Source of the DNA: Octopus sinensis
Taxonomy: Eukaryota
Direction: 5' to 3'
DNA length: 64,000 bases
Assembly (NCBI RefSeq): GCF_006345805.1
Contig: NC_043002.1
Coordinates: 38,750,001-38,814,000 of the forward strand
This document shows positions 55,429 to 64,000 of the stretch, in pieces. Made by a program: the position numbers and the translations under genes. Every line of letters starts with the position of its first letter. Position 1 is the stretch's first letter. The notes under the pieces are model-generated. The model saw only the letters and a list, made by a program, of their open reading frames with translations. It did no database searches and had not been told where the DNA came from.

Positions 55429-56525
55429 TACAAAAATAGGAATAAATCGAAATATTGGGAAGATTTGAGATTAGGAAATTCTAAAGGGAGAAATTATTTA
55501 TGTCACGGAACACATAATTAAGAAGTAATTGAAGACAAGGACAGGCATAGCTGTGCGGTTAAGAAGCTCACTCTGCAACTACGTAGTTTGAGGTTCAATC
55601 CCAGAAAATTTAACAAGTGTATTATAGTATAGTCCCGGGCCAACCAATAACCTGTATGAACTTGGTAGACGAAAACAGTGTGGAAACCTGTGGTATATGT
55701 ACCCACTTAACAGCCGCTTTTGGTTTGTTTACGTCTACGTGACTTAGCGGTTCATTAAAAGTGATTACAAGGATAAGTACACGAGTTGATTTGTTTGACT
55801 AATCCTTAAAGTCGATGCCCCACCATAGCCGTTATTCAATGAATGAATCAAGTAAAGGGGGGAAGATAAAAAAATATTCCTATAGAACGCCGAAAGTACA
55901 TCTCAAGGTTAAAGCTACGAGATAAAATAGCTATCGGAACAAAATATAGCAAACATGGGCATCACATATTTAAAGCGAATAGACATAAAGTGAACATTGA
56001 TGATGCAATTTTAAATGGAATTATACATCCAGTAGCTACGATAGTTTCAAGGAATAGTGCATCCTTCCTGAGATTTGCTCACACAGAAATAGCAAAACCG
56101 GAACAAACAATATGGAGTGCAAATATACAGAAAATTAGAAGATATCTCTATTCTTAATAAAACTAGTAATGAAGTGATCCAGCTAAGAAAATAAGAGGAG
56201 AATTAAATACTACAACAATATCACATAGCAGCTAATGCATTCAAAATCAAAGCCCAATTGGAACACTAAATCCTCGCCAAATCTCAAACAATCCGCTGGT
56301 ATATAAAAGAAACAGTTCAATTTAAACTCCAAACGATCTTATCAAGAGCAACGGAAAATAAAATAGAAACAAGCAAGTGATGTGAAAGAATTTTAGGAAG
56401 TATGTATAAAATAAATCACTTATTTGACGGAGGAACTCGAAATAGATTACGCTCTAAATAAATAATAGGGATTAGAAGATTGAGTTAAAATTTTTGGCTG
56501 GAAAAAGTAAAAGACTTCCTGTAAC

Positions 56526-56557
<32 letters not shown>

Positions 56558-56589
56558 TATATTATATATTATATTATATTATATTATAT

Positions 56590-56770
56590 TATATAAAATC
56601 CGTTCTGTATGTCTGTGTGTGTGTCTTCTAGGATCCCGGGCATCCTCCATCCGATTGCGCTCAAATTTGATATTTAGATACCGACGGTATCAGGGCGTGT
56701 ATAAGTCTTGAAAAATTACAAAAATCGATTCCAGGTGAGAATGCGATCGATGAAGCTGTTTTTGTCTTGC
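56590..56770 (+). mobile_element. Probable non-autonomous Helitron 5' end
   Basis: ATATAAAA, then a TGTCTGTG tract, then CCGATTGCGCTCAAATTTG, a layout typical of Helitron 5' termini. Confidence 0.45.
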
Positions 56771-57133
56771 TTTTCTTCCGTCAACCTGTACATAACTGCA
56801 CCTTTCATTTTTTGTTGGATTTTGTACTGCTTAAAGGCACGTTTCCTGCCAAGCTTACTGTTTAAACCATGTTTGTGTTCCCCCAGTCAACAGCCTTATT
56901 ATTACTGGTACTTTAAACTCTTCGGTTGAATATTTGTGTGAATAAAATCGCTTTTCTTTGGAATAGAAAAAGGTCTATCATTATTTCTTCTGTTGCTGGT
57001 GTCTCAAATTTAGGTTAAATCAGTGTTTCTCAAAGGGGAGGCCTATGGGACGGTTGGCCAAGTTGTTTTGAGAAAATTTGGTTTAAATGTTTAACAATTC
57101 AGCATCGTCCTTTGGACGGGGGGCGTTTTGCTC

Positions 57134-57181
<48 letters not shown>

Positions 57182-57234
57182 TTATTTATATATATATATT
57201 ATATATATATTTAGATACATATATATATATTATA

Positions 57235-57300
<66 letters not shown>

Positions 57301-57830
57301 TGTATGTATGTATGTATGTATGTATGTATGTATGTATATCAGGTTTTACTTTTAACTACATTTAAGTCGTTATGTTTCTGATGCTCATTGAATATAACAT
57401 GTCAGCTTGGGAGCCTTCACATGCTAGAAATATCAAAGTCGTTCTCAATCCATAATCTAGTCTTCGATATGTTCCCTCTGAAATTTCGGACGGTCAGAAC
57501 TCGTATATGTGATCTTTGATCCACTCAGTCGGATCGAACCTTAGGTCGAACGACAACATATATAATTTTGGCTGCTTTGCAAATAGCAGATTTAGTTGAC
57601 AATGATGCCCTCTATGTTTTAGGGTATTAAATGCCATCCATAATATTGTAAAACAACTTTATATATGTTTAATTGAATCGATCAATACCTTGTGTACTTT
57701 CTATAATGCCCCAAGCGAAATCTCTAACAAGCGCACACATGCACAGACATGCACACACACACACATTCATATATACGTACATACACACACACGCACCAAC
57801 ACACACATACATAAATACATACATACACAT

Positions 57831-57861
<31 letters not shown>

Positions 57862-58038
57862 CATACATACATACACATATGGACATATATCATTGGGAGT
57901 AGAGATGGAGTACATGAACACGTGCTATACATGTTTCTATGTACCTATGCTTCAGGCTAACTGCTTTTACCACGATTATTTTGGATTTTATTATTTAGTT
58001 CCTACATATTTAATATATATATATATTATATATATATA

Positions 58039-58079
<41 letters not shown>

Positions 58080-58117
58080 ATATATATATATAATATATAT
58101 ATATTATATATATATAT

Positions 58118-58151
<34 letters not shown>

Positions 58152-58580
58152 ATATACATACATACATACGTGAGTATGTATGTATCTATATATGTATGTG
58201 TATGTTTATATTTTTAATAGAATATGTCGAAGAAATTTAACATCGAACAAAGGTGTCAAGTTTGTCGTTAATCACTTACCAAATATATTTGCATTAAAAA
58301 CAAACCTCTAAAGTGTTTTATAACTGCGAGGAATATATTCCTCACTATTATCATTTTTATTATTTCATATCAACGTAGTTGTCGTCTTCATCGTCGGCAT
58401 TACTGTTATTGTTGTTGCCGTTGCTACATTGTTTTGTATTACGAAACTTTCGCTCGAAATATTGACCCACATTCAGCTTGAAGAATAAAATTATGGTTGC
58501 CGCAGGCAGATTTATTCAGTCAGCATTTTTCAATCTCGAATGATAGACGGGCGATAAACTGCATCTTCAAATTTACTCAC

Positions 58581-58724
58581 GTTGAAATACTGAGAACCCA
58601 ATGACCGCCTATAAGAAAGACAGTGTTGCCTGCTTAACAGATTCGAGATGATGTGAGAAAGTTGAATGGTACCAGTATTCACACATCCGGAAGGCAAAAG
58701 CGGAGGTCCATCTGATCTACTAAG
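58581..58724 (-). CDS. Candidate 144-nt internal exon of an unidentified gene
   Basis: TTATACTTCAG acceptor, GTGAGT donor and one open frame: LSRSDGPPLLPSGCVNTGTIQLSHIISNLLSRQHCLSYRRSLGSQYFN. Confidence 0.3.
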
Positions 58725-59031
58725 CTGAAGTAATAATTTTGAGAGACAGAGAACAAGCGATTAGAAAGAGGGAGGAAGAGAGACATCCAGACAGTGTTAT
58801 AGAGAGAGAAACAAAATGCTATGGAGAAAGAAAAATAGTTGCATGAAGGAGAGAAAAAGATAGACGAATCTAATTAAAAAGCTAAGCATAGAGTTTCATG
58901 AAAAACCTCTTGCATGAGAGCAACACACAAAAATAAATGTTTAGATAGGGAAAGAGTGACTTGAATATATGAAAGAGGAAGGGAAACTTATAAATATAGA
59001 CAGATAGAGAGAAATTAATAGACTAATAGAC

Positions 59032-59112
<81 letters not shown>

Positions 59113-59594
59113 TAAACAGTATAATATTTATTTATGAATAAATGCATATATAAATTTATGCATACATACATTCATATATATATATATATATATACATATA
59201 TATATAATAGATATATTTATACAAATATGTATATATAAATATATATGAATACACACACAAACACACAAACAAGGACACAGAAGCACACACACACATACAC
59301 ACATATGTACATAAACACAATAATTCGGCGGAGTTGTATAACATGCCGTGTTTCAAGCAATCTTTCAGCCTCAGTACACATGGCTGGTTTTATTTGTAAA
59401 ATAGGACTCCTTGTCTACGAGAAAACACAAGAAAACAGAAAAGAAAAGAGGTTTGATGCAACAAGTGGAACGAGAAAGCGTAAGGTGAATATAAACGGAA
59501 CGGGAAAAGAAAAGAAAACCAAAACTGGTCTTCCATTTGTCCGTCGAAATCATAATTAATCCAGCTGGATTTGAATAATTCAACAGTGGGGAGG

Positions 59595-59722
59595 TTAAAG
59601 TCTGTGAGACAACTGCTGAATCTGGAGAGAGTGTTGTCTACTTCGACCAAAAGTATGTGTCCATGTGCTTGCATTTGCTAAAAGTTTCGGATCTGCATTT
59701 GAGTAGTGTTGTAGAATTCCAT
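59595..59722 (-). CDS. Candidate exon of an unidentified gene
   Basis: CTTACTCTTTTTAG acceptor; frame GILQHYSNADPKLLANASTWTHTFGRSRQHSLQIQQLSHRL*. A plus-strand reading (59587-59731, GTAAGT donor) is also open, so the strand is unresolved. Confidence 0.25.
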
Positions 59723-59789
59723 CTAAAAAGAGTAAGTGACTTGTCAGCTACACATAGCTTGCATTTCTTTTTATCTATCTACCTACCAC

Positions 59790-60035
59790 GTAGATTTCTC
59801 CACGGTGCTCCACTTATTGTATGAAGTACGCAGCTGGTCTTTAGATCCCATACATAGCTGGTGGTTTGTATATCGTCTTTTAAAATTGCCTTCACATAAA
59901 ACTACATGATTTTTCTTTTTGATTGCTTATTTTGAGCAGTGCTGACTCTTCGGCTTCATAAACGACTAAGTTTATCATACACGCCTGATCAAGTGAGCGA
60001 GCATCTGGGTCTCGACAGTTACAACAGTAGGCTCT
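59790..60035 (-). mobile_element. Penelope-like element GIY-YIG endonuclease remnant
   Basis: CNCRDPDARSLDQACMINLVVYEAE, LCEGNFKRRYTNH and YVWDLK match PLE endonuclease-region motifs, with frameshifts. Confidence 0.75.
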
Positions 60036-60111
60036 TGGTGTGACTTATGATACATGTATATATGTAATATGTATGTATGTGCATATGTATGTATATATAT
60101 GTATGTATTAG

Positions 60112-60143
<32 letters not shown>

Positions 60144-61222
60144 TAAATTGAATTAATATTAACTTTTAATATTATCGATTTCTATATTTAGTCATGAAAT
60201 TTAGTCATAATTTGAGATTTTTATAATAATTATTATAATATATTTAATTAATTTCTATGTGGTTATTCTAGATAATATCGTTTCAATATTGATTGAATAA
60301 CTAAATCGCAGTTTGTCTCTAAATTATATATAGATAGATATACACTTAAAATGATACGTTTAATATGGGTTTCCAGTAACACAGGCGCAATGATATACAA
60401 TGACCGGCCAGAATTACAAGCACTATGAATACACTTATGTATACCACCGACTTTTGTTTCCTCATACATTTCAGAAAATGGGTATTTGTTACTGAAATTT
60501 TCTAAAACTATGCTTTAGATGGTGTTGATTCCGATTATTTCAGAACGTGTATTGAAATAAATTTTGCGAAACAAAATGTAATATGTGTCAGTACAAGTGT
60601 GTGCGACTGTTCACCATTTTTTTTTTTTTTGTCTTCATATTAAATTCTGATATAACGTAATCTCCACACCCTAAAATGTATTTGTCGAAATTATCGTTGA
60701 AAAATGTCTCTTTTTTAGAAAGTTTTGAGGCACCCAAGCCAACTCGCGTGAATTTTCTGAAATTCCTCTCCTCATTCTGCCATAAATATTTTGTTTTTAC
60801 AACAAATTCATATATAATCGGAACTTACATCTGAAGCATATTTGTAGAAAATTTCATTAAAAATATCAATTTATCTGAAAGTTATGAAGAGACAAAGTCG
60901 TCACCTTTGTGTATGTATGCTTATTGCTTTAACACCACTAAACATTCTTGAAGATGAATCCTAAAACACTTGGTATAGAGGAATTCGGTAATTTTGTTTT
61001 TCCAAACGAACATTAGAAAAGGGAAAACAGTATTCATAAAATTGATGTAAAACAGCTATGTTTTCAGCAAAACATTCCCAAAAGAATGGCTGTTTTATAT
61101 ATACATGTGTCTGGGTGTGTATGTATGTGTGTGTGTGTGTTAGTGTGTGTGTGTGCGTGTGTGTGTGTGCGTTCGTGTGCGTGTATGTGTATGTTCGTGT
61201 GTGTGTATGTGTGTATATGTCC

Positions 61223-61254
<32 letters not shown>

Positions 61255-61460
61255 GTCTGTGTGTGTCTGTGTGTGTGTGTGTGTATGTATCTTTCGAAAT
61301 CCCACATGGTAGAAGGCACATTTTAAATATTGGAATAACGCTACATTAGTAAGCAAAAGGTGTTTCACGTAATTATAATTAGAGTAATATACCAGTTTCT
61401 GATTTAGTTTGGAAGAGTTGACTTAAATGTAGAAGAAAACATTCATAAATGAATCTATGT

Positions 61461-61496
<36 letters not shown>

Positions 61497-62602
61497 AGCA
61501 CATATATTATTTATCTGTTCTGCAATTGTTTCACCTTTTCTTTCAAGAAAGACTACTCCTCTATTCTACATTTCCTGTCGGCCATTTTCCATCGGTCCAG
61601 TAGCACTTATAAACCTATTTTCCTACGCGTTTACTCAAAACTTTCTTGCAGATTTTATTTTATTTATTTATTTTATTTTATTTTATTTTATTTATTTATT
61701 TATTTGTTTGTTTTTGGTTGTTGTTTTTTTTTTTTTTGGACTACCAACCCAATTCTCAGACTTCATCTTTTGGGACTTTTAATGCTCACTCGGAATTATA
61801 TTTTCATCTTCAATTTTTTTTACCATCTGTTTTTAACATCTCTTTTTTACTTTGAATTTTTAACACTTTATTCCAAAGCACACACCATTTTACAGCAATT
61901 CCTCAACAGCTTTAATTACACACTGGTTCACGCAGCATAAAGTATACACATTCAAATCATTGTCGACATCAAATTTATACATATCTCGACCCGTTCATAT
62001 ACCCAACAAAATACACACCTGCACCATATCTTTTTAAGTCAATTTCCAAACACCTGCTCCTAACATAATCTTGTCTCTCAACATAGAGTGTAAATCCTTC
62101 AGGTTTTCAACTCTTCACGTTCTCCTCCCCACCCACGCGTCCCTACCCTTAAGTTATAATTTTACATTACTTCTTACATTTTTCTGCAATTTTAATTCTG
62201 CTTTTATTTTCATTACACTCTCCGCTTCTCTTTATCTTTCTGAAAGCCAATCCCTATTTCAAATTCCCAAGCGTTAACATACTACCATATTTGTTATACT
62301 TTATTATTGTGTTGTGCTTTGTCTTATGATGGTACATTTTGCATTATGCCTCTGTGTATGTACGTGTATGTACTGAAGCAGTACACCCAGCACTGTCATC
62401 CTAGTACTGCAGAAACAGTCGAAATATAGTGGCTTAAAATCACCTCGTAACACATGTATCTGTTAGCTTATGTTTGACCGTATTTTGTGTATATATGTGT
62501 GCTTTTTTCCGTGTTCGTATACGCATATGTCTAAATATATCTGTATACTTCAAGGACACTTTTCCCATTATTTTAATATGGAAAGCTTACTAAACAATTC
62601 TT

Positions 62603-62675
<73 letters not shown>

Positions 62676-62979
62676 CTCTATTCCTTCTTTTTTTTATTTC
62701 TCGCTCTTTCATTCATTCTATATTGGATGAAACTGCTATTGGGAAATCTGTTTTAGTAATCCATGTGTGAAATGTACAACCCTAATTTTTAATCAAATAC
62801 GTAGGTGTTTCCCAATCTTTCATTATTTTTCTATTTTAATAAGTGTATGTGATTCTACTTCATAAACCAAACAGAAAATCACATGCTCTTCGTTATTTAT
62901 ATATGCGTGTGTATGTCTGTCTGTGCATGCATGTGTGCATCATACATATATATGTAGGTATGTATGTATGTATGTATGT

Positions 62980-63175
<196 letters not shown>

Positions 63176-63274
63176 TACATTTGTCTAGTAGAATTTGGAA
63201 AATTAAGTTCTCTATGCCCATTACTGTTGCAAAGAAATCTAGATAGTAGGTTGGAATCATTATGTATATGTGTA

Positions 63275-63310
<36 letters not shown>

Positions 63311-63369
63311 GTGTGCATAAATATGGCTATGTACGTGTGTGCGTAGATATCTATGTATCTATATATATA

Positions 63370-63415
<46 letters not shown>

Positions 63416-64000
63416 GTGGAAAGTGTGTGTGTGATGGAAAGGGAGCGAGAGAGATAACTAAATGGAGAGTTGGACTGTCAGATGAAGTGATAAATGAATG
63501 TTTTGATGGATCGCCGGATGAATGCGGTTAATTCTGTTTGAAGCTTTGTAATTAAAATTTTCGTAAGATGACTTTCCAATGCACTTCAACCTCAGACCCA
63601 CGGACGTTCCGTGTCCTTATACTACATTCTCTATAATTACTACAGTATACTCTGCTACTCAGAGCCAGCAGCATAGCCAGTGGATTCGAGGGATGCAGTC
63701 CGCCTCGGGCGAAGCTTTTATGTGAGTGATTCCCTTGGGTCTACTATATAATCTGCATAGGCTTTAGAATCCGGGTGAAGTAAAAACTCAAAGACTGCCC
63801 CGGACGGTACATACTACCTCGTTCTATACCACCTTTTCCCAAATCCTCTGGACTCTCTCCTTCTCCCTACCCACATAGTAATGTCACTCGGTACCAAGCC
63901 ACATCAGCATTTATTTCCACTCCTACTTTCCTTGAAACCCTTCTGAGGAATATCCTCGTTATCCATGTATTTCATGCTGTCCTTAGGTTGCAGTTGTTTA

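Overview
AT-rich eukaryotic, mostly non-coding DNA with very dense microsatellites ((TA)n, (TG)n, (TATG)n, (GATA)n, triplets) and one 100-N gap (32575-32674). The SINE families and microsatellite load look like a coleoid cephalopod, probably Octopus; this is recognition from memory, not a database result. I cannot name any host gene, and almost all ORFs in the supplied track are microsatellite read-throughs. Only low-confidence minus-strand exon candidates are offered. Well-supported content: (1) a 2.8-kb 5'-truncated L1/Tx1-type non-LTR retrotransposon (29317-32149, minus) lying between two (GATA/GACA)n arrays, plus the 3' end of a second copy; (2) about 25 tRNA-derived SINE copies from several modular families; (3) remnants of Helitron, Penelope-like, CR1/Jockey-like and RTE-like elements; (4) hammerhead-ribozyme-like motifs, including a near-canonical type I fold at 24322-24367 (minus); (5) many local direct or inverted duplications, several abutting (TA)n tracts. 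Top leads: a possible GATA-microsatellite-targeting Tx1 family, the inverted hammerhead pair, and (TA)n-anchored templated copies of nearby DNA. One-base phase slips in the TA tracts suggest long-read errors, so some frameshifts and duplications could be assembly artefacts.
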